Positions 33,306 through 45,835 of a DNA stretch of 64,000 bases are shown piece by piece. Under the pieces are notes generated by a model, which saw nothing but the letters and a program-made list of their open reading frames with translations, ran no database searches and was not told the DNA's origin. Every line of letters starts with the position of its first letter. The stretch's first letter is position 1. Source of the DNA: Eledone cirrhosa (Eukaryota); assembly GCA_964016885.1 (NCBI GenBank), contig OZ024743.1, positions 354,020,001 through 354,084,000 on the forward strand. Direction: 5' to 3'. Both the position numbers and the translations under genes were made by a program.

Positions 33306-33786
33306 TCAATTTAAAAGAATACTTTCAAAATGTTCGACGTTGCTAACGGCACTCAAGATTTAAGTAGTGTTTTGAACCGGATGACAGTAAGTATAACTAA
33401 CGCGCAAGAACGGAAACTGTCTATCTAAATGGATTCCACACAGGCTTCATCAATTAAATTATGTGTGTGCTAGTAAAGGAGACAATTGCTTACATATTTC
33501 GGTTTTATTCTGACCTCACCAGCGAAGAATAGTGTTCAATATATTTGCCAACGTAGTGGTGAATGAACTAATGTATATATACTCGTAGATTATTTGTCAT
33601 AAGAAAATATAATTGTTTAGAGGATAAATAATTCAGAGACACTTCGTACGCTATAGAAGAAATGCTTAATAATTAACTAATATAGTTTTTATCTTCTACC
33701 CATCGCATATTTATTGCTTTCTATATTACCAACTGTTTACTTTTTAGTGTATCGTGAATATAAATTATATGATCTTTATATACATA

Positions 33787-34061
33787 CTAGCAGCCATACC
33801 TGGCGTTGCCCGGGTGTAAGTCTACCATTAGTAAATAATTTTTTTAAAAAGAAAACAACGTAGCACGAACACCCCCAAAACATTTATTTTTAACCAAAAG
33901 AAGTATGTGTTGTTCGATGTAAAAACGGTAAAATGTTATGGCATATGAAAGGTGAATCAGTGTAAAAATGTGACGTTGACGCGATGAAGCTCCAAACGCG
34001 AACTATGCCACAAGGAACTCAGCAGCCCCAAAGTGAGTCACATGGAATTTATGACAATAAT
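33787..34061 (-). mobile_element. Helitron 3'-terminal fragment
   Basis: Reverse strand ends ACCCGGGCAACGCCAGGTATGGCTG-CTAG-T, a GC hairpin followed by CTAG before a T, as in Helitron 3' ends. Confidence 0.7.
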
Positions 34062-34313
34062 TGATCTTTATATACATATATACAATATGATTTAAAAAAA
34101 ATTAAACGGGGTAGTCATAGCGGGAACGCTTTTGATCATAGGTTTGTTGAATCAAACAAACATATATACAACAATAAGATGTATATGAAAGTATACATCA
34201 TATATTTAAATATAGTAAACATGCATAAGTCTCGGTGTATGTATTTTACGCCACGATCACGTTACAGCTATTTCAGTAATCATGTGTGAATGTCAAATAT
34301 TATATTATATTAT

Positions 34314-34505
34314 AAGGCGGTAGATTGGCAGTGTCGGTAGAGGGTCGGACGCCATGCTTTGACACAAAATACGTATATGCTTTGCCATTCTGAATTCAAA
34401 TCCCGCCGAAGTTAACTTTGCCTTTCATCCTTACGGGGTCGATAAAATAAAGTACCAATAATGCACTGGTTAATTGTGGCCTTGTGCCAAATGTAGAAAC
34501 AATTA
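34314..34505 (+). mobile_element. tRNA-derived SINE family A, full length
   Basis: Starts GGCGG; A-box-like TGGCAGTGTCGG; B-box GAATTCAAATCC; conserved central domain and tail. Confidence 0.9.
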
Positions 34506-35127
34506 TATTATATTGTATTATGTTATATTATAGTATAAACATATCGGTGACGTTTACTCACCCTGTACTGTAAGAAAGCAAAAGCTTCTTATATATTGAA
34601 TTTTAGAAATAATTTATTTATGGAGATACTTATTTGCATCGAGGAATGTGTGATATGATCACAGCTCAAATTACTCATAGCAAAGCTAAATATATGCTTT
34701 TTGTAAACAAATATATTGTACATGGGTTCATATACACATATATTACTGGTATATATCGAACGAGGAAGGGTAAAGAAAAGAATCAACGGTGGTGGTGACT
34801 GATAGTTAAACATATGTCGTAAAGGTATAAACGCGAAATGATGTAAGACAATTTGTTTGGCACTCTACTGTCTCCGATACCGCCTCATTGTCTATATTGA
34901 AGAAAGAAAGACTGGCATTTGCTGTTAAGGAACTTTGGAAATGTGAGTTATCATTGTTGACAGGGATACATGGTTGTTGGCAGCAATTGGTGCAGGGTAT
35001 ATAGCTAGGATCTGCTCCATTCTAACTTTAACGAAGATTAGTTTTACTTACACATATATCATATATACTCGCATATATATTATATTATTCTCTACCCCAT
35101 CTTCGTCTCCGCTCTCTTTTTTTTTCT

Positions 35128-35128
35128 C

Positions 35129-35159
<31 letters not shown>

Positions 35160-35378
35160 TGTATGTATGTATGTATGTATGTATGTATGTATGTATGTAT
35201 GTACGTACGTACGTACGTATGTATGAATGTATGTGTGCATGTATGCATGCATGCATGTATGTATGTATGGATGCAACATGCATACACACACACACACACA
35301 CATACATACATATATATATATATATAAAGAGAGCAGAGACGAAGAGTGGGTAGCTATATATATGTATTTATATATATA

Positions 35379-35448
<70 letters not shown>

Positions 35449-35462
35449 TATATACACACACA

Positions 35463-35545
<83 letters not shown>
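35128..35545. repeat. (GTAT)n/(CA)n/(TA)n microsatellite cluster
   Basis: Read directly from the sequence. Confidence 0.9.
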
Positions 35546-35549
<4 letters not shown>

Positions 35550-35904
35550 CGTATACGTATTTTGTGTACATGCGAGTGTATGTATGTATCGGTAAGCATA
35601 TCTGACATTTTGTGTGTTGAAAGACAATACTACGATAGACTCTCTGGAGAGTGTTCAATGAGCCGCCAACCATTTACTGCTACAGATTCTTACATAATAG
35701 AGGCTGACATAGCTTTGGCAAGAGATTTCCTGTTGAAAGAATAGAGGGGCAATATGGAGGGTGTAAGGAGATCATACACACACACACACACACATATATA
35801 TATACTCAGTGTATTTGTATATCCATATGTATAGGTGTATCTATATTAAAATGTATATATATATATGTATGTGCATATATATATATATGCATACATATAT
35901 ACTT

Positions 35905-35972
<68 letters not shown>

Positions 35973-36062
35973 GCAAAGCGCGTGAAAACATAAATATACT
36001 TACTATGTATGTATGCGCATATGCATGTATGTTTGCGTATGCTATTATCTATGCATATAAAA

Positions 36063-36116
<54 letters not shown>

Positions 36117-36122
<6 letters not shown>

Positions 36123-36658
36123 TAATAAAAATAAAGAATAAAAACAAAGAAACAGTTCCTTATATTAAAAAATTCATCATTTTACGATCGTTTCTAGGAT
36201 ATATATGTGTGTGTTGGTATGTATACCATATAGATCTATGTAAAAATTTTACAAACTATCAGAGGGAATATACATACCTACACATATATATGGTGTCTTC
36301 AGAAATAATGATATTTGTTTATTGAAAAAAACCAACAAAGATTTAATATAATAGGTCTGTTTGGGAACAGGTTTTGAATTGACCAATAGAAAAGTACTTT
36401 TCTATTGGTCAATTCAAAACCTGTTCCCAAAGGAACAGGTTTTTTTTTGTCAATAAACAAATATCATTATTTCTGAAGACAGCATATACATGTGTAGATA
36501 TGTATATTCCCTCTGATAGTTTGTAAATTGTTTACATAGATCTATATGATATACATACCAACACACACATATATATCCTAGAAATGATCGTAAAATAATG
36601 AATTTTTTAATATAAGGAACTGTTTCTTTATTTTTATTCTTTATTTTTATTAATTTAT
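36117..36658. repeat. Nested fold-back: ~215-bp inverted arms around a perfect 72-bp palindrome (36360-36431)
   Basis: The ORF track gives the same peptide (KLIKIKNKNKETVPYIKKF...) on both strands. The palindrome centre is ...AATAGAAAAGT|ACTTTTCTATT... Confidence 0.93.
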
Positions 36659-36829
36659 CTTGACTCTCTTTTCCTGTGTTTTTCATCGAAAAAATGTTGA
36701 ATACATCTCTTTTCATGATATTTTGATTACATTGAGTTCTTCATACGGATTGGACACTACCGTATATTTTGGTAGATTTATCTCTCTCTCTCTATATATA
36801 TATATATACACACATATGTGTATATATAA

Positions 36830-36947
<118 letters not shown>

Positions 36948-37140
36948 GTATGGATATATATGTATATATAATCTCTCTCGCTCTATGTGTTTGTAGCATG
37001 TGTATGTGTTGTATGCGTCTATGCATGTGTGCGTGTGCCTGTGTTTTTATAAGTTGAGGCTGCTTGTATCGTTACAGCTATTCACTTTTAAACGATTGTA
37101 AGGAAATACCGTCACACTATGTCAAGAACTATTCATTGTA

Positions 37141-37830
37141 CAGGGTGACTAATTTATAAAGCTGGGCCCCTTGCACGTTTTGTATCACTGTATATTCATT
37201 TTTGAATCGACCAACCTTAAATTTTAGGACAGGGCAAATGCAGTGCCTGAGAAGACATCAATACCCCAGTGGGAGCTCTAGCAGCGTAGTTTCTGAGTGA
37301 AATACTACTATAAGTGTGGCTCGTACAAGCTAGTCCAGAAACAATTCAAATGCATTTTTTTTGAACGGGCGCAAATCTTCTTTCAAAGCCAATATACAGA
37401 ACTGGGTGAAAAAGTTTGAGATCTATAGGACAGTGCAGTTAGGGTTGTCCCACTCACACTGAACGACCCAGGAATCTTACACAGGAAGTTACAGGAAGTA
37501 CAAAGGTTCGAATTTCTGTTGAATAGAGTCCAAAACGGTCGCTAAACAGAAGCTAATCCTTGGGTTTCTCCACAGAAACTTGCAGAAAGTTTGTCGAAGA
37601 ATACAAACTAAACAGAAGCTTATTGTAGCTGATACAACCAAGCGAATGGCTATGGCTGAAAATATGCTGGAGAAGTTAGAAAACAACCTAAATTTTCTGA
37701 ATCTGCAGTGAATCTCTCATGAACCTCACTCTGAGAATAATGTGTCCTGGGAGCCATGAAACCCACAGAAGTGGATAAATGTGCCGTCTGGGTTTCCATT
37801 TCTGAGAGAGGGTTGATTGGCCCACAATAT
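37141..37830 (+). pseudogene. Tc1/mariner-superfamily transposon remnant (TIR plus degraded transposase)
   Basis: TA|CAGGGTG terminus at 37139-37147. Broken peptides IQNWVKKFE, QKLIVADTTKRMAMAENMLEKLENNLNFLNLQ*ISHEPH (cf. IWFSDEAHF) and VWVSISERGLIGP (cf. VW.AIS..GIIGP). Confidence 0.75.
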
Positions 37831-38057
37831 CGGAATGAATTTAAAATCTATATGTTAGATTATATCATATTAAGTTTAAATATATTTTTGCGTTTATGTT
37901 CTCAATGTAATGCATTCTATCTGTGAAACAACAATCTTTTAATGTGTTATTGTGCTAACATGTACCATGGGTAAAGAATCTCACGGCAGGGTATTAACTG
38001 GATATTACTACGTTTTGTTTTAAGGATTATTGGGAGTGGTTTGAATTTATAGTAATA

Positions 38058-38150
38058 CTAGACCACCTGTGACCCGCTGGGTCACGTTCACTAAAAAATA
38101 TTTTAAAAAATCATGTTCACTTAAAAATAATTTTTAAATAATCAAAATAT
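38058..38150 (-). mobile_element. Helitron-type 3' terminus
   Basis: Reverse strand GTGACCC-AGC-GGGTCAC hairpin, 7 nt, then CTAG-T; homologous to 41595-41678. Confidence 0.7.
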
Positions 38151-38257
38151 ACACAGACATGAATATAATATAAAATGGTATTGGAAGGCCCATATATATA
38201 TATATAAAATAAAATAAAATAAATAAGTCAAATGTTTAAAATTTGGCTTCGTTTATT

Positions 38258-38312
38258 ACTGCTATATATATTTCGGTCACAGCCATCTTTGGCTGTGACC
38301 TCTTCAGGCAGT
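38258..38312 (-). ncRNA. Minimal type I hammerhead ribozyme
   Basis: ACUGC-CUGAAGA-GGUCACAGCCA(AAGA)UGGCUGUGACC-GAAA-UAUAUA-UA/GCAGU: complete core, 11-bp stem II, 5-bp stem I and a palindromic stem III region. Confidence 0.85.
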
Positions 38313-38392
38313 CCGAATTAGTGTGGTAGAGACGAGTACACAAGTTATACACCTCAACAACATGTGTACTCGTCTCTACCACACTAATTCGG

Positions 38393-38447
38393 ACTGCCTG
38401 AAGGGGTCACAGCCAAAGATGGCTGTCACCGAAATATATATAGCAGT
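38393..38447 (+). ncRNA. Hammerhead ribozyme copy with core variant (CUGAAGG)
   Basis: Inverted copy of 38258-38312 with A9->G and one stem II mismatch; probably impaired. Confidence 0.6.
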
Positions 38448-38594
38448 AATAAACGAAGCCAAATTTTAAACATTCGACTTATTTATTTTATTTTATTTTA
38501 CATTACTCCGGAGTAGCCAAATCAATCTGCGCACTTCGTCGAGTGCTCCAATCTGCATACTGAGGTGTTGGTACACAACCAACATATACTCAAA

Positions 38595-38657
<63 letters not shown>

Positions 38658-38729
38658 AATATATTACACAAATAGAAGTGTGTTACACAGTGAAATGTGT
38701 GTAACTTATTCTATTAAAACCTTTGCCCC

Positions 38730-39560
38730 AAAACTTGCTGGGCAGCTACTGGCACAACATACTCTCCCTCTTAAGGTGCCTGCGGTATTATTCTAACGTC
38801 GTAATTTATACAAAAGCATGTGGAATATATCAATGGATATAAGTTGTCCTATTCAATACGGACTGATGCGTTAAACACAAGTGCAACACAGTGTTTCCCA
38901 ATACGTCTGGGGTATTTTCATTTCGAAGAAATTAGTGCAACATGTATTACTTGACTTTTACAGTTATAACACGGAATTATCAGAGGAATTATTAGATCAG
39001 CTGCTAACTAAACTAGAGACGTCAGGTCTGGATCTGAATAATGTGTCTATATACATTGAAGGCAATACAGATGTTAATTATTGTAAACACAATGATGTTT
39101 GTAAAAAAAAGGAAATGTCTCAAAACAATATTCTGCAAATTTTCAAGTCTGTATTTCACACAATACATCAAACCTTGGATTTGATATTGCAATCAAAATG
39201 TACAACTATTTAGTATCTCAACTAAAGAGATAGTCAAGATACGAGGATGTTGATAACTGTAACGTCACGTCCTGTTCTCACTAGATTGGTTTTTGTCATT
39301 TATTTACAGAATAATTTGGAATTATTTCCAGAACCTAGGGGAAGAGTAGTGTTCTAATAAGAAGACTAAAATGACAATGAATCATTGGAGAATCTGTTTC
39401 TTTTTCCACAGTCACTTTCCAGACAGTACTGAAACCGCAGTATGTGAATTTAGTAAAGATAATTTTAGTTTTTAAGCTAATGGTTGACCTTATGAGAAGA
39501 GAAGGAGATTGTTTCTTTGGCTTTGCCGTGCGCATTAACTTAACCAGTTTGCTTCTGATG
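38730..39560 (+). pseudogene. Probable hAT-superfamily transposase remnant
   Basis: ORF 38881-39213 (LLDFYSYNTELSEELLDQLLTKLETSGLDLNNVSIYIEGNTDVNYCKHNDV) resembles the hAT LLDF...E(T/S)...L..L...DN.NVN.GKH.SV region. Recognised from memory; boundaries approximate. Confidence 0.5.
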
Positions 39561-39685
39561 TGTTTAAAAAAACGCGAAGTAGATATTATTTTCTACGAAA
39601 TAGTCATAAAGTAATTGCTGTTGAAAATATATAGTATAGTATTACTGTTGAAAATATATAGTACGGTATTATTGTTGAAAATATA

Positions 39686-40435
39686 TCTATAATATAAATC
39701 TGACGGCCGTATGTATGTAACAAACTTTTCGCCAAACGGCTGGACCAAACAGCACCAAATTTGCACCATAGATGTAACTTTTTCCAAGTGAAAAAGTGAG
39801 GGTATTTTTGTCTACTGAATTTTGTTAAAAGATCAAAGACATTATTTAAACATTCACTTCTTTAAAATTTCAAATGTCAACACTTCCGGTTATACGACAT
39901 TCCTCACTTTTTCTTATGATGTCGCACAGCATTCCCCTCTTTTTCTTAGTCTGTCTTTTTAGATAGATACATAGCTATAACGTAGCGCCCTTATAATATG
40001 TCTCTGTATGTCTGGCTGTCTGCATTATATAACGTTTTTCGAAATATTTACATCTGCGTTCACCGATTGATTTTTTTTTGTTTTAGAAGATCCCGTTAAG
40101 AGTGAAAGCCTTTGCTTAAACTTTAATCTGTTATTTTAATATATATATTCGTGTACAGATATTTTTGCATACACAAAAACAAAAACCTATTTATTTCACG
40201 AAAGCACAGACGGCTTATCGTCATTGTTACTGTCTTTGCTCCGGAGGACCGAACAAAAAATATTGTATACGCTGAGGCTCTAACAATGTAATTTAAATAT
40301 GTTCTGTTACTTGGAATTTCCATTATAGTTGTACAAATTATTGTTTGTTAAAAAATTTGTTCTCTGTTCAGCCTTTATTTTTGTAACTATCAATTTTCTT
40401 TAACGTACTGGTTGCTGAACTGGGTAATCCTAAAA
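39686..40435 (+). mobile_element. Non-autonomous Helitron with a RepHel helicase C-terminal remnant
   Basis: A|TCTATAATATAAA 5' end followed by GTATGTATGT and AAACGGCTGGACCAA...CCAAATTT. 40238-40291 encodes APEDRTKNIVYAEALTM*, matching the Helitron/Pif1 C-terminal T.N(I/V)VY.E.L motif. The 3' end is uncertain. Confidence 0.65.
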
Positions 40436-40597
40436 ACTATTCAAACCCAACATCAGAGCACGTTAACCTCCACCCCCTTCCAACCCAACCTCACAGACTT
40501 GAGAGGGCGTGCGGTATCTTTGCACTGGAGTGGAGGGGGGATTCCTGAAAAGATAAAATGCCGGTATACCTAGCCGGTCGCCAGCCGGACGGGACAG

Positions 40598-40600
<3 letters not shown>

Positions 40601-40693
<93 letters not shown>

Positions 40694-40735
40694 AGTGTAT
40701 ATAAATTACAGGCACCCACATATATACATATATAT

Positions 40736-40775
<40 letters not shown>

Positions 40776-40809
40776 GTGGGTGCCTGTGATTTATATACAC
40801 TGGACATAT

Positions 40810-40877
<68 letters not shown>

Positions 40878-40880
40878 GTA
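40601..40880. repeat. Fold-back: (TA)(TG)-unique-(TA)-inverted unique-(CA)(TA)
   Basis: GTCCAGTGTATATAAATTACAGGCACCCACATATATAC (~40690) versus GTATATATGTGGGTGCCTGTGATTTATATACACTGGAC (ending ~40805). Confidence 0.88.
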
Positions 40881-40960
40881 TACACACACACATTTATATA
40901 TATATATACATACACACACGTGTATATATGGGCATTCCAGTTTTATTTCACATTATATGC

Positions 40961-41678
40961 ACTAGAATGTGTAGTGTGTATATTGATATTATACGCAAGT
41001 ATATATATATACATGTAGATATGATACGTCAAATAAAATCGTAATTGACAATATACACAGAAATTGAACGAAGACTGCGTTACACTGTCTTATGTAATCA
41101 GTAATGTAATCCATGATACATTAAAAAAAAGACGATATTATATATAAACTGCATTAGGAGAAAATTAGTGACAGAAAATTAATATGTTTATTTAAGCGAT
41201 CGCTACCGGAAGTGTTGACATTTGAAAATTTTAAAGAAGTGAAAAATTAAATAAATAATAAAATATATTTAATGAACAGCCACGAAATTTAGTAGATAAA
41301 TTATGTAATATTCATTCATTATTTATTCAAAGTTATTATTTATAGAGTTACGGCCCTTGCCATTCTAAGTTCAAATCCCGCCGAGGTTAACTTTACCTTT
41401 CATCCTTACGGGGTCGATAAAATAAAGTACCAGTAATGCACTGGGTAATTGCTGACCTTGTGCCCAAAGTAGAAACAATTATTTATTCAAAGTAATCCAA
41501 CTTATTTTACTAATGGGATAAAAACATTATAAACTGTACGCAGTCCCGCGCTTCTTACTTTATTATAGTTTAGATGTCTGTGTATATTTTAATGATTTAA
41601 AACATATTTTTAAGTGAACATGATTTTAAAAAAAATATTTTGAAGTGAACGTGACCCAACGGGTTATGGGTGGTCTAG
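40961..41678 (+). mobile_element. Composite repeat containing a SINE and ending in a Helitron-type 3' terminus
   Basis: 40961-41530 is homologous to the reverse complement of 46381-46992. Ends GTGACCCAACGGGTTAT-GGGTGGT-CTAG-T. Confidence 0.68.
41343..41485 (+). mobile_element. SINE family A, 5'-truncated
   Basis: B-box, central domain and tail present. ATTATTTATTCAAAGT occurs at 41318 and 41478 (TSD-like). Confidence 0.85.
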
Positions 41679-44600
41679 TATATAATAACTGTTGAGAAGA
41701 ACACCTAACCATATACAAAACGTATGTAATTGCATTTATTTCGGAAATGTATAAATATGCTACTCCACTTCTTGTATGTATTTATTCACAACATACGCTG
41801 TATGGATACTTTATAGATTTTGCCAAGGTGGTATATAGAGTCTGTAGCAGTAGGTTGAACATGAACTCGTGAATCTTAACCTCTTAACTATAGATCATTC
41901 AACGAAACAGTTATTCTTTTCTTTTCATTTTTCTTGTGCTTGTTTGGAAATTAAAAAAAAAATTATCTGCATCCGGTAATTGAAACCCGAAACCTGAGTC
42001 TCACATTCGGTGAGACCAAAATTTGTTTTATACGTGACGGCGCTCACCAGAATAGATGGAGAAAAAGATTGTAAAAATAAAAAATAAAAAACAAATACTT
42101 TTTTTCCTATCTCACTCTTCCCAGCCTCACTCACAGTCTCCATATCTATCTTTTTCTCTCTCACACTCTCTTTATATTTTTCACACTTGCCGTTTTTATC
42201 ACTCTCACTCTCTTCCACCCATTCTATCTGTCTCAATCCCCCACCCATGTCTTTTTATTTCGTTTGTTTCTTCATTCCCCCCTCTCTAAGATTGCTCCAG
42301 GATTATTCCTTCAACCAACTAAAGATTTACAATGAATGTCGGGAATATTTTTTTTTTCCTTTTTTTAAAATGAATTTTCATTTTCTAATATCTATGAATT
42401 ATAGACAATCTATAATTAAATTTTGACAGAAAACTATGCTTAATACAATTCTATGACCCTTGTGGGTCACGGAATATCATTGGTTAAGATGGTAGCAAGT
42501 TTTCTTATCATAAACTATCATTGTTTAATATCTAATAGAAGTTGTCTTCAAATCGAAATGATTTTCTTTAGATTTTTCGTTTTGTTTTACGAGCTTTGTC
42601 TGTACATATGTGTGTAAGTGTGTAGGTATGTGGCACTGTGTGAATATTAGTATGTATATATGTGTGCAAAAATGAGTATATGTGAATTTATGAGTATAAG
42701 AGTGCGTGTTTGTCTGTCTGCACACACACATACACACATATATATATATGCATATGTGGTAAGCTGTGTCGTCGAGTGTGTTTCTATGCGTATGAGTATG
42801 TGTCTGAGTGGTTGCTCGTCTGCGTGTGTATGTGTATGTGTATATGTAGGCGTATGTGTGTTGTATTTGTGTTTGTGTGAAGCTAATCGCTTTATTTGTT
42901 GTAGAAATCATCTAAATCTAAACTACAATGTGAATATGTTTCAGATTATTTCTTTTAATATTGTGTTTCTGTATCAGATGTTACAAAAATCTCTCGTCAC
43001 TTCGTTCTAACTGAATTACTGGATGGAGTCCTTTAATTCAACTAATTAGGTGCTTTTAAGCATTTAACTCGCATCATTCTTCTGAATCATATTTTCTCAC
43101 CAAGGGAGTCAATATTACAATTACCAGTAATATGCTGAAAAAGCAACTTTAATCTTAAGCAAGAATCAATTTTATAATTAACACCACCAGTTTATTCTGT
43201 TTTTTTTTTTAAATTAATTTTTGCGCCCTCAAATAACATCCCAGTTCATTATTTGAAGGTTCAGTTCTAACAGGATTTTATACTTTTAGTTTTGAAGTTA
43301 ATTTAATATCTTATTAGAAGATCAATGCAGAGCTGGATTACGATCAACTGTTTCCTTCAGCACAGCTCAACAACAGTGCCTCATCGACAACATTCATTGT
43401 TCAATTGACATGACATTAACCCTTCGTATGTGCTAAATTTGTAATAGATTAAAATTCACTTATCTTTCAGGACAAAAAAGCATGCTAGGCATCACAACTA
43501 TATTAAATATAGTCTGTTTATTATCTTTGCTTTATTTCTTCAGAACTAGATACCAATAACGTTGTTTACTGATGTTTATTAGCTTCCCTTCTTTGATCCC
43601 GAGCTGGCCCTCGCGTGGCAGATGGGGAAACAACATCTAGATATAGATGTTACTGTCAAATATGGAAATAAGCCATCTTGGACCAAACATGGACTGCTAT
43701 TTGGTAAGGAATACCACCTTGCAGCCACCCAATTTCGGTTTATAGGTGAGGCGACGAGAAGCAGCAAAGTGAACGTAAAATCTTAGCGAATGAGACATCC
43801 AGTGACTTATGGTAACAGTTGCACGATGCCAGACAGAGAAAGGTTTCTGGGATCAACGGCTAGGACCACCGTGTCCTGGAACTGGTGAGTATAGATATAA
43901 TTAAGCTGGCGAAAGATCTCAAATGAAATCCGAACAAGCTCAATCAGATAATGATTTACAAAAGCATATCTACCCGGATAAATGCCTAATATAGACTTTT
44001 ATCGTCTTGACAGTCAACATTTCAATTGATTATTTCAACATGTATTCTTCGGCAATTGTTTTCAAAGGGATAAAAGTAGATTCTAACACGGGTAAAGCCT
44101 GCAATCCGAGAGAAAACTGAGAGAATTTGTATCAGTAATAATTAATCCATATGAAAGATGGTAATATTTCGATGTTTTATTGTTTACCACTTAATCAGGG
44201 AGGAAATGTCATGATCCGTTATTTTATTTTCGGGACTTCCGAGACAGGTGCAAGGAAGGAGGGTAGCTATCTACAAACTGAACTCCTAGTGCGAAAACTT
44301 ACAAGAGGTTGAACTCCGGTTAGCACACACAAGGATCATGTGTTAAACCGGGCGGCGGATTAAGTCGATCATTCAAGAGTGAATAGATATTCAATTGACT
44401 CTAAAAAGATTAAAGGAAGAGTTGACTTCGGCGGTATTTCAAATCAGAGCACAATCGGACGGAAAGCAAAGTGTTGACTTCATGGCTCTAGCGATTTTAC
44501 TATTCCACTGCTCCGTGAGAAGTTAAAGGTTTAGTGTTTGGGGTTGCTGCTCAGTTTAACTAAAATACAGTAAACCTCGATCATAAAAAGAAGAATGCCT

Positions 44601-44989
44601 TTATGTATTGCTTGACAAGCATACAATCCCAGTAAAACTCATGGGTCTTTAAATGGTTATTCAACATGCTAGAAATAGCAGCCAATACCACACACCGCTT
44701 TAAAAATCGGAAGAGCAGCATGGAAAAATTTAGCCCTAGAAAATACAAGACTTAATTATAACAACAACAATAATTACAACAACAACAACAACAACAACGA
44801 AAACAACGCCCTGGCGTATGAGTAATATCTCGGGTGATATGCGTCATTCGATCCTAGATTTCTATGAACACATTGAGAAGGAAAGCTACTCATGTGAGAT
44901 ATAAAGCTAACTTTACTGGACACATTTATTCCCAAGTCCGTATCAATATCATATCCAACAACAGCGACGATATCATCATCATAACCATT

Positions 44990-45450
44990 TCATTTACTAG
45001 AGCCTGTATAATGGATCTCTGCCCCCATTGTCACAACCACTACCACTACCACCCTCCGCCAATTCTATTACCTCTACTACTGCCACCATTACTACCACCA
45101 ACACTACAACCATTACTACCATCATCACTACTCCACTACAATCAGCATTAACATCGTCTACCAACACCCCACACCGCCACCGTCGGCACCAGCACCAGCA
45201 CCACCGCCACCACTGCAATCACTACAACCAGCACCACAGCACTACTCCACAATCACCACCATCACTACCCCACTACAATCACCACCAACATCGTCTACCA
45301 ACACCACACAACCACCACCACCATTGCCACCACCACTGCAATCACCACAACACTACTCCACAATAATCCCCATCACTACAACACAACCACTACAGCTAAC
45401 ACTACGACCACTATCACCACCAGTACAACCATCACACCACCACACAGGTT
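44990..45450. repeat. Degenerate (ACC/ACT)n tract
   Basis: Imperfect triplet repeat. Confidence 0.85.
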
Positions 45451-45571
45451 AAATCGACCATAAACAATCAAAAGCATACAAAAAGCTGAAGTTGAGAAAT
45501 TACTTTTTGGTAAGATAAATTTTTGTCTTCTCGCCGCCTGGGACACCCGAGAGTGAGAGGGGGAATGAATG

Positions 45572-45588
45572 ATATATATATATATATA

Positions 45589-45660
<72 letters not shown>

Positions 45661-45757
45661 TATATATATATGCATATATATATATATGTATATATATATG
45701 CATGTATGTATACACCCACATACTCAAACACATACATACATTCAAGCACACGCACAA

Positions 45758-45833
<76 letters not shown>
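45572..45833. repeat. (TA)n/(GA)n microsatellites
   Basis: Read directly; a (TAG)n tract also lies at ~46062-46129. Confidence 0.9.

Positions 45834-45835
<2 letters not shown>

Larger units (their letters stand above)
38205..38500. mobile_element. Palindromic PLE-type pseudo-LTR remnant (142-bp arms, 12-nt spacer)
   Basis: Arms 38205-38346 and 38359-38500 are reverse complements with a few mismatches. Each contains a hammerhead motif. (TA)n lies directly to the left and ~100 bp to the right. Confidence 0.8.

Noticed and set aside
34314-34420. tRNA genes at A/B-box sites
   Set aside because: No cloverleaf; they continue into the SINE body and occur in multiple copies.
34540-34575. 6-nt micro-exon (CTTACAG|TACAGG|GTGAGT) on the minus strand
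   Set aside because: Equally explained as a solitary Tc1/mariner TIR end (CACCCTG|TA).
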